From: a virus
Lineage: Duplodnaviria > Caudoviricetes
Strand: one strand, 5' to 3'
DNA: 63,899 nucleotides
IMG/VR virus record: IMGVR_UViG_3300009506_000024
Coordinates: 1 to 63,899 of that record
The position numbers were made by a program, and so were the translations under genes. Shown one piece after another: positions 27,337 through 36,791 of this stretch. The number at the start of each line of letters is the position of its first letter. Position 1 is the stretch's first letter. The notes under the pieces were generated by a model that did not search any database, was not told where the DNA came from, and worked only from the letters and a program-made list of their open reading frames with translations.

Positions 27337-28884
27337 ATGAGTATGCAAACGTCGGTTTTCGAGATGGTCCACCAGGTGCTTGGCGATGCCAAAGAGAAGT
27401 TGGCTGCTGACAAGGCGGCCTCCACTCAGGGTGTCGAGAAGACAGCGGCGGCTTCGAAACCGCGGCCATCTGCCAAGCCCGAGGCTGGAGCTGGTCAGAT
27501 GCTCAGCGATGAGTATCTGGGCAAGCTGGCCTCAGCCTGTGACCACCTCGCGTCGAATCTCCACTTGATCGAAGACCAACGAACTCCGGCTGAGAAGCTG
27601 GCTGAAGCGGTGGCGATCAACCAAGCCCTCATGAAGAAAGCCTTCGAGGGCGGGGACAAGAAGCACCAAACTACCCAAGCCAACGCCGATTCGATCTCTC
27701 CGGCTACGGTGACCACGGACTCGTCCGGCACCGCATCGGACAGCATCGGCTCTGGCAACGCCATTCCGTCTGCCCCCAACAACGCCCCTGGCGAGTCGTT
27801 GGATGCAGGTCAGAGTGGTCAGGCCGCCTCGGCGGTCACGGGTAGCACCACTCCCAACGAGAAGGCCAATCCGATGGACCCGGCCAACTCGATGGAGACC
27901 AATGTGGGCATGATGATGCCGGAGCAGCCGGAGGCCCTCCTCCAGCAGTCCGGCGGCGATGTGTCCACGGGCGACAAGACCGCAGCCGCGCGTGCCCTGC
28001 GCACCATCGGCAAGGTCTCTGGTCGGACCGAGGCAGAGGCTCGGATGAAGGTGGCGCAAGCCAAGAAAGTCCGTGTCCTCCTGACCAAGGCCGCCCAGGC
28101 AGGTATCCCCCAAGAGGTTGCTCTGGCCATGCTCGGCCTGGGCAAGCACGCGGAGGACGCCATCAACCCGGCAACCATCTCTGGCGGGACCTCTCCGGTC
28201 CTCCAGCAGGAGCCGGGGGTCCCGAGTCCGCTCATGCAGGGCTCGGAGGCCGGAAGCAACACACCTCGTGCCACCGCACCGACGTCTGGTGAAGGGGGAG
28301 GCCGGGAGCTTCTGAGCAGCAACGAGTCTGCGATGAACGCGACCAAGAGCCAAGCCAAGCAGCAGAACAAGGGCGCGATGGGCGAGTTGTTGACTGAGCC
28401 GATGATGTCGGCCAGTCGGGATAGCACTCTCCAGAAGTCGCTGGATAACACCTCCTCAGCGGGTGTGAAGATTTCTGCGATGCGGAGTCTGCTCAAGAAG
28501 TTTGCGGCAGCATCACCTTCACAGGCTCAGAAGCTCGCCGCGCTCGCCAAGTTGGCCTTGGATCCCGCGATGGCGGATGACCCAGAGGCGGTACCCCCGG
28601 AGGCAGCCCAGGCTGCAGCCATGGAAGGTGCCGGCGAAGGGGAAGTCCCCGAAGCGGCTGAAGAGGCAGCGGCAGCGGGCGTGACGCCGGAAGAGCTCGC
28701 GCAGGCGTTGGCCCTTCTCGGAGAGGAAGGGGCCGCAGGCGAGGAAGAGGCAGCTCCGGAAGCGGGAGCCGAGGAACCAGAGAAACAGCAGCAGCTCGGA
28801 ATGGGCGCTCCAATGGGCGGTGCCCCAATGGGCGGCACGATGGGCGGCGCTGGGACTCCTTCACCGACTCCTATGATGTCGTAG
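27337..28884 (+). CDS. Scaffolding-like low-complexity protein
   Basis: AAGGAG RBS; EKLAA, EKTAA, GKLAS, DKTAA, TKAA, GKHAE and QKLAA motifs; located upstream of the capsid genes. Confidence 0.65.
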   Translation: MSMQTSVFEMVHQVLGDAKEKLAADKAASTQGVEKTAAASKPRPSAKPEAGAGQMLSDEYLGKLASACDHLASNLHLIEDQRTPAEKLAEAVAINQALMKKAFEGGDKKHQTTQANADSISPATVTTDSSGTASDSIGSGNAIPSAPNNAPGESLDAGQSGQAASAVTGSTTPNEKANPMDPANSMETNVGMMMPEQPEALLQQSGGDVSTGDKTAAARALRTIGKVSGRTEAEARMKVAQAKKVRVLLTKAAQAGIPQEVALAMLGLGKHAEDAINPATISGGTSPVLQQEPGVPSPLMQGSEAGSNTPRATAPTSGEGGGRELLSSNESAMNATKSQAKQQNKGAMGELLTEPMMSASRDSTLQKSLDNTSSAGVKISAMRSLLKKFAAASPSQAQKLAALAKLALDPAMADDPEAVPPEAAQAAAMEGAGEGEVPEAAEEAAAAGVTPEELAQALALLGEEGAAGEEEAAPEAGAEEPEKQQQLGMGAPMGGAPMGGTMGGAGTPSPTPMMS

Positions 28885-28912
28885 GCCCACGTCGAGGAAA
28901 GGACAAAGCCAA

Positions 28913-29266
28913 ATGCAAAAGATCAGTTCACAAGACGCGGCTTCCCTCCTCAAGCAGGCGGGGGCCGCCATTCGTCACCTGACGAAGGAACGCAACAGTC
29001 TTCGGACGAAGGTTGCCGCGTTCGAGAAGCAGGAGCGGGTGGAGAAGATTGCCCGGGACATGGAGGAGAAGGGCCTGAGCTCTGACCTCGACCATCAGCA
29101 GAAGGTCGCGGCGCTGAGCAACGTTCCCAACCTCGATGTCACTGAGGAAGCCATCAAGCTCGCTGCCCCACAAGGGTACGTGCTCGGCAACCTCGGTGAT
29201 CAACCGGGCGGTGGCATGCACGCTTTCGAGCACTTCATCATGACGGGTGAGGACCCGACTGAGTAG
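28913..29266 (+). CDS. Coiled-coil scaffold-like protein
   Basis: Heptad-rich; TKVAA, EKIAR, QKVAA and IKLAA motifs. Confidence 0.65.
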   Translation: MQKISSQDAASLLKQAGAAIRHLTKERNSLRTKVAAFEKQERVEKIARDMEEKGLSSDLDHQQKVAALSNVPNLDVTEEAIKLAAPQGYVLGNLGDQPGGGMHAFEHFIMTGEDPTE

Positions 29267-29309
29267 CTCGAGGCAAAACACGCAGAAACGCATTCGCGGA
29301 GGTTAAGAA

Positions 29310-29774
29310 ATGGCAGTTCAGAACTTCAAACTCGTCAGCGAGTTCCAGACGATTCACCGTCGTCCCTTCGAGCTCGCAGATCCAGCACTCCTCAACCCCA
29401 ACAACGCCAATCCGTTGCTCGACGGTGAGTTTCTCCAGCACACGACGGCGTACAAGATGGCTCGAGGCACCGGCGTCGCCGCTGTCCCGTCCTTCGCGTA
29501 CTTCGCCGAGCGCGGGCGGTACGAGGTCCAGGCGATCCAGAAGGGTCCGTTCCTGTACCTCGGGGAGTACGAGGCTGACACGCTCATCATGGACGCCACC
29601 GGCGTCACGTTGGGCATGGCCCTCGTCGTCCAGGACGTCACCATCGCCACCCTGACCAAGCGTGGTCTGGCGCGGTGGCCGGCGGCCCCCGCGGGCACGG
29701 AGAAGGTGATGGGTTACGTGACCCGTCTCCCGGCGAACAACAACAACTTCCTGCGGTTCATCAGGGTCTCGTAA
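29310..29774 (+). CDS. Probable capsid decoration/cement protein
   Basis: 154-aa beta-rich protein immediately upstream of the MCP, with highly biased codons. Confidence 0.55.
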   Translation: MAVQNFKLVSEFQTIHRRPFELADPALLNPNNANPLLDGEFLQHTTAYKMARGTGVAAVPSFAYFAERGRYEVQAIQKGPFLYLGEYEADTLIMDATGVTLGMALVVQDVTIATLTKRGLARWPAAPAGTEKVMGYVTRLPANNNNFLRFIRVS

Positions 29775-29826
29775 GAGGCTCAGTGAAGCAGGGTAGCTGA
29801 AGAGGAACTTCAGGAGGTAAATCACC

Positions 29827-30948
29827 ATGAGTATGGTTCAAGCATCCCTCGAAATGTTCAACCAGCGGTTGGACTCTCAAGAAGGCAAAGACAAGATCGC
29901 CGAGCTCGGCGGTTCTTGGATTCGTGACCGTCTGCGCGAGGTGGCGTACAGCCGCCACATCCTGCCCCCGGAGCAGGTCACCCGCGCCGACTGCCAGCGT
30001 TCGGTCAACCATGACACGCTCGTGAAGATCGTGGACGTCGAGCCTCAAAGCCGCGCCATGGCCATCACGTTCCGTGATCAACCGACCGCGCGCTTCATCC
30101 GTGCGCCGAAGGCGGAGATCCCGTTCTTCACCATCTCGAGCGAGAAGTTCGAGAAGACGGAGCAGGAGCTCCTGGCGTACGAGATGCCGATCACCAAGGT
30201 GATCGAGGACAACTCGGTCAAGGACATCCAAGAGATCGAGGACCGGGAGTTCACCCGACACATCGAGTCCGGTGTGCAGGGCCTCCAGGCCGAGGTCAAC
30301 GGCACGGGCACGGCGTACAACGCCACCCAGATCCGCGCCCTCGCGGCCGGTGCCCAGGTGGTGTCCGTGGTCAAGGGCGAGCTCGCCCTTGCCGCTGACG
30401 GCACGGACTTCGTGGTTCGCCCGATCCAGCGTCCGGACTTCGTGGAGCTCTTCAAGCTCCTCGACAACAACCGCCTCCGTTCGGAGCGGATGTTGATCAC
30501 CGAGGGTGACCACGACGACGTCCTCCAGTGGACCGTCGAGGACTTCGGTGACAAGATCCAGTCGGAGACCGTGGTCGACGGCTACAAGTACAACACCTTG
30601 CTCGGACGCAAGGTCGTTCGTACCGTGAAGACGGACATCCTCCGGACGGGGAATGTCTACATCTTCACCGCGCCGCAGTTCTTCGGGAAGTTCTACATCC
30701 TGAACAACACCAAGTTCTACATCGACAAGATCGCAAACGTGATCACGTGGCAGAGCTGGGAAGACATCGGGATGGGCATCGTCAACATCGCGTCCTGCCG
30801 CAAGCTCGAGCTCTACCGCGGGTCGGTGAAGCCGGGTGACGAGGACACGGGTTACGAGGTCAAGCTGCCGAGCCTCGAGGAGGATCTCGGAGCGGAGAAC
30901 AACCGGGTCGACGCCGGCCTCCACTTCCCGGATGTGCAGCAGTTCTAG
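29827..30948 (+). CDS. Major capsid protein (HK97-fold)
   Basis: Strong AGGAGG RBS, extreme codon bias, 373 aa, follows protease/scaffold genes, hairpin after the stop codon; IRDRLRE..SRHILPP and ..KDIQEIEDREF spine-helix-like segments. Confidence 0.8.
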   Translation: MSMVQASLEMFNQRLDSQEGKDKIAELGGSWIRDRLREVAYSRHILPPEQVTRADCQRSVNHDTLVKIVDVEPQSRAMAITFRDQPTARFIRAPKAEIPFFTISSEKFEKTEQELLAYEMPITKVIEDNSVKDIQEIEDREFTRHIESGVQGLQAEVNGTGTAYNATQIRALAAGAQVVSVVKGELALAADGTDFVVRPIQRPDFVELFKLLDNNRLRSERMLITEGDHDDVLQWTVEDFGDKIQSETVVDGYKYNTLLGRKVVRTVKTDILRTGNVYIFTAPQFFGKFYILNNTKFYIDKIANVITWQSWEDIGMGIVNIASCRKLELYRGSVKPGDEDTGYEVKLPSLEEDLGAENNRVDAGLHFPDVQQF

Positions 30949-30996
30949 TACTGGTCTCGGCTGGTACGTTTTGTTGACTGAGGTTGACACAGAGGC

Positions 30997-31031
30997 TCCC
31001 TGGGCCTGGTTCGCCGGGCTCAGGGACCTTT
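30997..31031 (+). terminator. Hairpin terminator after MCP
   Basis: TCCCTGGGCCTGG-TTCG-CCGGGCTCAGGGA followed by CCTTT. Confidence 0.55.
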
Positions 31032-31059
31032 GCGTCGCCCAAGATGAAGGAGACCCCAG

Positions 31060-32103
31060 ATGTCATCTGCTGAGAGTCCCGAGAAGGACGGGGTGCAACT
31101 GACAGAGGAAGAGCAGGCGCAACTCGAAGAGCTCAAGGCGAAGGAGGCCGAGGTCAAGGCCCTCGAAGCCGCCAAGAAGGCGGACGAGGATGCCAAGGCG
31201 AAGGCTGAAGAGCTGGAGCGCATTGCGAACCGCCCGCTGTACCATGTGCTCGTGCGGCACATGGCCCGTAGTCCCAGGACGCGCACCATGCGCGCGGCCC
31301 GCGCTGGCCACCGCCGGCAGGGTGTTCTGCTCGACGACGGTACTCGGATCCGGAAGAAGGGCCGGAAGCGCTACACGGAGGTGGACCTTCGTGAGCTCGC
31401 CCGGAACAACCAACGGTTCCTCGAGTTCGTTCGGGTCGGGGCCATCGAGGTCTGCGACCCCAAGACCGAGCATGCAATCCCCTACAACGACCTGGTCAAG
31501 ATGATCGGGGACGTCGCTCAGTGGGTGGCCGAGAAGGAGTTCTCCGAAGCCATGGAGCGGTGGAATGCTGCTCACAAGGCATGGAAGGAAGCCTGCGAGG
31601 CCGAAGAGGCTGCGGCTGAGGAGCAGGAGCGGGATCCTGTTCTTCCTCCGGAGCCGGAGAAGCCGAAGAAGTCGAAGGCTGTCGAAGTCGATGAGTCTGG
31701 CCTCCAGCAAGACCCCGTCGCGGGGTCGGAGCGGGAGGACAACTCGGCACCGCCACCGCCCAAGGGCAAGAGCACCGAGGTCACCAGAGAGGATGTCGAT
31801 GTGTCAGCGGTCACCGCTGCTGTCGACCAGGCCAACGCTGAGAAGACCGGCGAGGCCAATCCTCCTCCGAGTGAGACCGGAGCTGGTGAGGCCGATACCG
31901 GCTTGCTCGACGACGAGGGCAACGACGCCAGCGAGGACGGCGAAGAAGGGCATACCGAGGAGGAGCTCCTCGCGATGAAGCTCGACGACCTCAAAGTCGT
32001 CGCCGTGGAGACCTACGGCGTTGATGAAGAAACCATCAAACCCATGCGGGCAAAGAAGGACGTCGTCGCGGCCATCTTCGCTCAGGGTGAAGGTGAGGAG
32101 TAA
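31060..32103 (+). CDS. Acidic protein with C-terminal Rho-N/HeH-like helical motif
   Basis: EEELLAMKLDDLKVVA...KKDVVAAIF; typical post-MCP gene. Confidence 0.65.
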   Translation: MSSAESPEKDGVQLTEEEQAQLEELKAKEAEVKALEAAKKADEDAKAKAEELERIANRPLYHVLVRHMARSPRTRTMRAARAGHRRQGVLLDDGTRIRKKGRKRYTEVDLRELARNNQRFLEFVRVGAIEVCDPKTEHAIPYNDLVKMIGDVAQWVAEKEFSEAMERWNAAHKAWKEACEAEEAAAEEQERDPVLPPEPEKPKKSKAVEVDESGLQQDPVAGSEREDNSAPPPPKGKSTEVTREDVDVSAVTAAVDQANAEKTGEANPPPSETGAGEADTGLLDDEGNDASEDGEEGHTEEELLAMKLDDLKVVAVETYGVDEETIKPMRAKKDVVAAIFAQGEGEE

Positions 32104-32106
32104 GCC

Positions 32107-32529
32107 ATGGCGACCACAAGAGTTTGGAACATCACCGACGATGTGAACCCGAGTGTGAAGCCCCAGAACCTTCGAGTCCTGGGCAAGTTCGTCGCTCCTG
32201 GTCGCTTCGTCACCGTCGAAGAGTCCGCCCTCAAGGGCGCCCACAAGGTTCACGCCGATGTGGGCAGAGGACTCCTCTTCATCGGCCGGCAACCGCCGAC
32301 CTCCTACGTCAAGACCAGGAAGCCCCCACGGGCGAAGCTGGCCGATGGCGTGTCTCGTCTGGGTCTCGCCAACAAGCCGAAGCCCGAGCCCAAGAAAGAG
32401 GTGCTCGAGCTCAAGGATGAGGTGAAGGTCGCGGACAAGATGGAGGTGGCCTTGGAGGGGGCTCTCGAAGAACCTTCTGACGAGGCTGGGGATGAGGACA
32501 AGAAAGGGCGGAAGAGGAAGGGTAAGTAG
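32107..32529 (+). CDS. Hypothetical virion-region protein
   Basis: GAGGAG RBS, codon bias. Confidence 0.65.
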   Translation: MATTRVWNITDDVNPSVKPQNLRVLGKFVAPGRFVTVEESALKGAHKVHADVGRGLLFIGRQPPTSYVKTRKPPRAKLADGVSRLGLANKPKPEPKKEVLELKDEVKVADKMEVALEGALEEPSDEAGDEDKKGRKRKGK

Positions 32530-32532
32530 GCG

Positions 32533-33039
32533 GTGACGTCTTTTCTCACAGCGACGGGTGGCTCCCTCAACGACCCGCTGATCAAGCAGCTCGCTGAGTA
32601 TGCTCGCCGCTTCATGAGAGACTACCCTGAACTCAACCGCTTGACTGCTGGCTACGACCACAGCCCGAGGCATCTGCAGTGGGCAGTTCTGGATACTCTG
32701 AGTGATTGGGCTTCGACCCCGCCATTCATTGGCCAGGGCCTCACGATGATCGTCGAGCGTGGTCTAGTCAGCGTCTTTATCCGGGGAGTAGTGATCACAG
32801 CTTTAGAGTCGTTGGGTATCCTCCACCTGCGCAACCACATCTCCTATTCAGATGGTGGTGTGAATGTGCAGACGGAGAACCCACAACTCATTCAGTCGTG
32901 GTTGCAGATGATGAAGTCGGAGTACGAGCAGAAGAAGCAACGAATCCTCATCGCCCTCAACGTCGAGAACGCTTTGGGCTTTGGTGGTGGAGTGCACTCA
33001 GAGCTCTACTTCATCAACAGCTTCTTCGGATACCTGTAG
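32533..33039 (+). CDS. Probable head-tail adaptor (neck) protein
   Basis: 168-aa helical protein after the MCP, with SYSDGGVNV segment; call is positional inference. Confidence 0.5.
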   Translation: MTSFLTATGGSLNDPLIKQLAEYARRFMRDYPELNRLTAGYDHSPRHLQWAVLDTLSDWASTPPFIGQGLTMIVERGLVSVFIRGVVITALESLGILHLRNHISYSDGGVNVQTENPQLIQSWLQMMKSEYEQKKQRILIALNVENALGFGGGVHSELYFINSFFGYL

Positions 33040-33048
33040 GAGGAGACC

Positions 33049-33174
33049 ATGACGGTTGCAAACTTCGCCACCGCAGATGAGTTGGCCCAGTACGTAGTAA
33101 CCAACACCATCGCGCAGGCGTCCATTCACACCATCCTCGTCAAAGACGGGCGGTGGTACATCTTCCACTTCTAG
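33049..33174 (+). CDS. 41-aa microprotein (absent from ORF track)
   Basis: AGGAGGAG RBS; MTVANFATADELAQYVVTNTIAQASIHTILVKDGRWYIFHF; fills the gap between genes exactly. Confidence 0.7.
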   Translation: MTVANFATADELAQYVVTNTIAQASIHTILVKDGRWYIFHF

Positions 33175-33184
33175 GAGGCATCTG

Positions 33185-35419
33185 ATGGCTGACTGGAAGA
33201 GGTACCTACAGAAGCTCGCTGATGAGGACGAGGCTGAGGACAAGGGGCGCCCGCCTACTGAGGAAGAACGCGCCAAGATCCAGGCATTCATTCGTGAGAA
33301 TGCTGACCTGAGTGACGATGCGTTCCACTCCTTCGTGGAGGACATGGGGTTGAACCCACATTTCGCAGAGCCCGTAGCCTACGAGATGGCGCACAACCTT
33401 TCGAAGAAGGCTGCCTTCAAGCTAGCCCTCCAGGATCTGATTCCGGGGGGCAAGGCGGATGACAAGCCTGTGTCCGACTTCTCTCCAAAGCAGATGGCGA
33501 TGGGTCAGAAGGTGGAGATGGAACACACCGACGACCCCACAAAGGCTCGGGAGATCAGTCGTGACCACCTCGAAGAGTTCCCTGACTACTACACCCGTCT
33601 CAAGAAGATGGAAGACGAGGCAAAGAAGGAGGCGTCCGCGCTGTTAAAGCTGGCGAGGAACATGCCCCACTTCACCGAGCAGGATCGTCCAGAAAAGGTC
33701 AAGGAGATCTACCGCGCGCTCAAGCGAGATCACCCTGACATGCCTGCTGAGATGAAGGCTCGAATTGCCGCGCGCCAGGGAAAGAAGGGCAAGCAGCATC
33801 AAGGTCCTCCCTACAAGGGACCTCTCACCAAAGGTGCCTCTCGTCTACCACAAGGACTGCTCGAGGTAGCGGACAAGCCCGGTGCCTGGAAGAATGCAGT
33901 ACGAGGAGGAGAGTACGCTTGGAAGAAGCTGATGATGCGCGACTTTGGTAGGCATCAGGCTCGGACGATTGCCCGAGAAGCATCGTCGTTGGAGCCCGCG
34001 CTGGCCAAGTCACGCCGTGCAGTCCATGAGTACCAAGCGAAGACTCACGGTCCCTTCCTACGAGAAGGAGTAGAAAAGGCTCTCTCAACCGTCCCGAAGG
34101 TGAAGAAGGCTGCCCCCACAGCTCTCGTTCCTTTGGAGGAGGCCGCTAAAAGGGGACCGAGCTTCGCATCGAAGATCATCTCCAAGCTCAAAGATGTAGC
34201 TCCGTACGCGGCCATCGCCGGCGCACCCATTGCCGGCGCCGCCGGTCTCGGAGCTCTCAGAGCCCACACCTATCAGAAGGCTCGAAAGACAGAACCCACT
34301 GCTGAGCGCACCTTGAAAGGTGCTTGGGGTGGAGTCAAAGGCGGGTTGACTGGAGCCGCTCTGGGGACAGGTCTGGGTGGCGTCATGATGGCGCCTTTGG
34401 TTCTCCCTGGAGTACTTCGAGCACTCGCATTGAGAAAAGCCCACCCCGGATATGCCGCCAGCGCGATGCGCTCAGCGATGTCTGGTGCGCTTCCAGCCGC
34501 TGCGGTCACAGGTACCGCTGGAGGTCTGCTCGGAGCTACTCATGGTGGGTGGAGGGCCATCCAGGGCGACATCAACAAGGAAAAGCAGAAGGAGTACCGA
34601 GTGCGAAAGAAAGAAGAGGCGAGTGGAAAAACGGTGGAGGCCTCCAGCAAGAAGGCTTCTCTCCACTCTGCACTGGTCGCGCTCCACAATGAGTACGGCC
34701 CACCGAAAGTGAAGCACGCAGCCGCTAACTACTTCTTCTACGACATCAATCGAGGAGAGCGGGACGCAGAGGCTCTGGGAGCTCCGTTCTGCAAACTTGC
34801 CGCGCGGAGTGATGTGGACCCGTGGGATATGGCCATGGGAGTCACGATCAAGTTCGAGCAGCTCGAGAAGATGGCTCAGGCTCGCGGGGCTGGCGGTGAC
34901 TTGGCTCGGTTCTACATGAGCTGGGCAGACGAGATCGTGAAGAAGGCCGGTCTCCTAGATACCGCTATCCGGGTGGGACGGGCTGCCAAAGCTGGAGTAG
35001 GGGCCGCTATCCCGAAATCGTCCAAGAGCTTGATGAACGCCGCCGTCAAGGCAGAGCAGGCTGGGGCTCAGATCCCCGCTCGAACAGGGGTTCGTCAGGC
35101 TGTAAAGTCATCCCTGGCTGAGTCGCGCGCTCTTCAACAGGCCGGGGGCGGAAGCATCCGGCGTGGAGAGCAGCTCGCCAAAGCAGACCCAGGCTTGCTG
35201 AGTGCAGGCCGACAACCCCCCATCACGTACGCTCCTCCGCCAGCCGCCCCAACAGGTGCTGCTTCAGCGGCAGGGGCTGGGATGAAAACCGCACCTCAGG
35301 GCATGAGTAGGGCTAAGAAGCTCCTGCTCGGCACGGCAGGAGGACTGGGCTTGGGCGCTGGTATCGGCGGCGCTTCCTATGCTCTGAGTCCCTCCGAACC
35401 ACAGTTCCAAGGAGGCTAG
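33185..35419 (+). CDS. Modular polyprotein containing a DUF5661-like domain and glycine-zipper modules
   Basis: DLIPGGKAD...GQKVEMEHTDD...DHLEEFPDYYTRL (~33434-33620). Modules are separated by QKLAD, SKKAA, KKEAS, TKGAS, VKKAA, SKKAS, VKHAA, EKMAQ and VKKAG. Confidence 0.75.
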   Translation: MADWKRYLQKLADEDEAEDKGRPPTEEERAKIQAFIRENADLSDDAFHSFVEDMGLNPHFAEPVAYEMAHNLSKKAAFKLALQDLIPGGKADDKPVSDFSPKQMAMGQKVEMEHTDDPTKAREISRDHLEEFPDYYTRLKKMEDEAKKEASALLKLARNMPHFTEQDRPEKVKEIYRALKRDHPDMPAEMKARIAARQGKKGKQHQGPPYKGPLTKGASRLPQGLLEVADKPGAWKNAVRGGEYAWKKLMMRDFGRHQARTIAREASSLEPALAKSRRAVHEYQAKTHGPFLREGVEKALSTVPKVKKAAPTALVPLEEAAKRGPSFASKIISKLKDVAPYAAIAGAPIAGAAGLGALRAHTYQKARKTEPTAERTLKGAWGGVKGGLTGAALGTGLGGVMMAPLVLPGVLRALALRKAHPGYAASAMRSAMSGALPAAAVTGTAGGLLGATHGGWRAIQGDINKEKQKEYRVRKKEEASGKTVEASSKKASLHSALVALHNEYGPPKVKHAAANYFFYDINRGERDAEALGAPFCKLAARSDVDPWDMAMGVTIKFEQLEKMAQARGAGGDLARFYMSWADEIVKKAGLLDTAIRVGRAAKAGVGAAIPKSSKSLMNAAVKAEQAGAQIPARTGVRQAVKSSLAESRALQQAGGGSIRRGEQLAKADPGLLSAGRQPPITYAPPPAAPTGAASAAGAGMKTAPQGMSRAKKLLLGTAGGLGLGAGIGGASYALSPSEPQFQGG

Positions 35420-35421
35420 TC

Positions 35422-36783
35422 ATGTTGGACCAGTACATTCAAGGTTTGGTCGTTGAGGCCAATGCAAGGAACAAGCTCGACGCTCACCTCGAGGGGCTGG
35501 CCAAGCAGGCTGCCGCCGAGGCTGAGATGGAGGCTTTTCTCGAAAGGGCCACTGCTGCAGAGCTCGCCAAGATGGCGGGTGTCGTGCTGCCGGCGAGCAC
35601 TTGTCCTCAGTGTGCGTCGGAGATGCAGAAGCTCGGCAGCGTCTACCACTGCGCGTGCGGGATGATGAAGCGGGCCAAAGAGCTCCCTCCCGAGCTCGCA
35701 GAGAACGCGGCGAAGACCCAGTCAGTCCAGGACCCTGACAAGCCGGGGGCGGAAGTCCCGGCCAAGCCGGCCTCTGAAGAGAAGCCGGAGAAGGAGTCCA
35801 AGTGCAAGACAGCGTCCATTGCCAACTTCGCTGAGGCTGTCATCGTCGCAGACGGGAACGTGAAGCTCGCCTTCGACGTCCTGGCTCAAGCTGGCTTCGA
35901 GGAGCTCGGCTTCACCCAGGAGGACATCGAGAAGAACGCTTTTTTGGGCAAGGCTTTCCAAGGCCTGGGAGCTGGACTGAAGGGTGCCTGGGGTACCCTC
36001 AGGGCCGGAGCGAAGGCCGGTGGAGGTCTAGGGGCAGCCGCCCGTGAAGCTGGTGGCGCCATGAAGACCTTCGGGAAGGACGTCGGGTCTGGCGTCGCCA
36101 ACGTCGCGCGTCAGGTGCCTGCTAAGGCCAAGGAGGTCCAACAGACCTACCAGGGCGCTCGAGCGGGCCAACCTGGTCTCTTTGGCACGTCTCTGATGGC
36201 TACCCCCGGCAAGGGTGTCGGTGGTGCGCTCATGGAGACCGCCAGGGCACACCCAGGGGTGGCCATGGGCCTGACGGGAGCAGGGGCTGGCGCTGCCGGC
36301 TTTGGGCTGGGCAAGCTCAGCTCCGCCAGGGAGCTCGTCGAGGTTGGGGACGCCGCGGGCCGACTGATGGCCAAGACCGCCCTCGAGCTCGACCCGGCCG
36401 AGGTCGGGGAGGCTATCGAGGCTGCCAAGGAGCGCGAGGACATCCCTGGGCGAGCTCGTCGATGGGGCGCCGCCGGCGCCGGTATCGGAGGGCTCGGAGC
36501 GGGTGCCCTGGGCGCTCTCGGAGGCATGGGAGTCAGCAAGATGCTGGGTGGCAAAGGCCGGATTGCGGCCCCACTGATCGGCGCGGCTCTTGGCGGTACC
36601 GGGGGAGGAGTCCTCGGACACCGAATCGGAACGGAAGAGGGTGCTGAGGAGGCTGCGGCTGACCGACTCGTCTCCATGCTGCGAGGCCGTCGAGCCTACA
36701 TGGCTGGTGGGCAGCAGGGGTATGCTCAGGGGCTCCAACGGGGCTTCAACGTGGGCCGAGGCGTCCCAGGCCGCCCTCAGTAG
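35422..36783 (+). CDS. Modular protein: Zn ribbon + Gly/Ala-rich membrane hairpins
   Basis: CPQC..CAC; CKTAS, EKNAF, GKLSS and AKTAL motifs; GAAGAGIGGLGAGALGALGG. Confidence 0.75.
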   Translation: MLDQYIQGLVVEANARNKLDAHLEGLAKQAAAEAEMEAFLERATAAELAKMAGVVLPASTCPQCASEMQKLGSVYHCACGMMKRAKELPPELAENAAKTQSVQDPDKPGAEVPAKPASEEKPEKESKCKTASIANFAEAVIVADGNVKLAFDVLAQAGFEELGFTQEDIEKNAFLGKAFQGLGAGLKGAWGTLRAGAKAGGGLGAAAREAGGAMKTFGKDVGSGVANVARQVPAKAKEVQQTYQGARAGQPGLFGTSLMATPGKGVGGALMETARAHPGVAMGLTGAGAGAAGFGLGKLSSARELVEVGDAAGRLMAKTALELDPAEVGEAIEAAKEREDIPGRARRWGAAGAGIGGLGAGALGALGGMGVSKMLGGKGRIAAPLIGAALGGTGGGVLGHRIGTEEGAEEAAADRLVSMLRGRRAYMAGGQQGYAQGLQRGFNVGRGVPGRPQ

Positions 36784-36791
36784 GGGCACAG

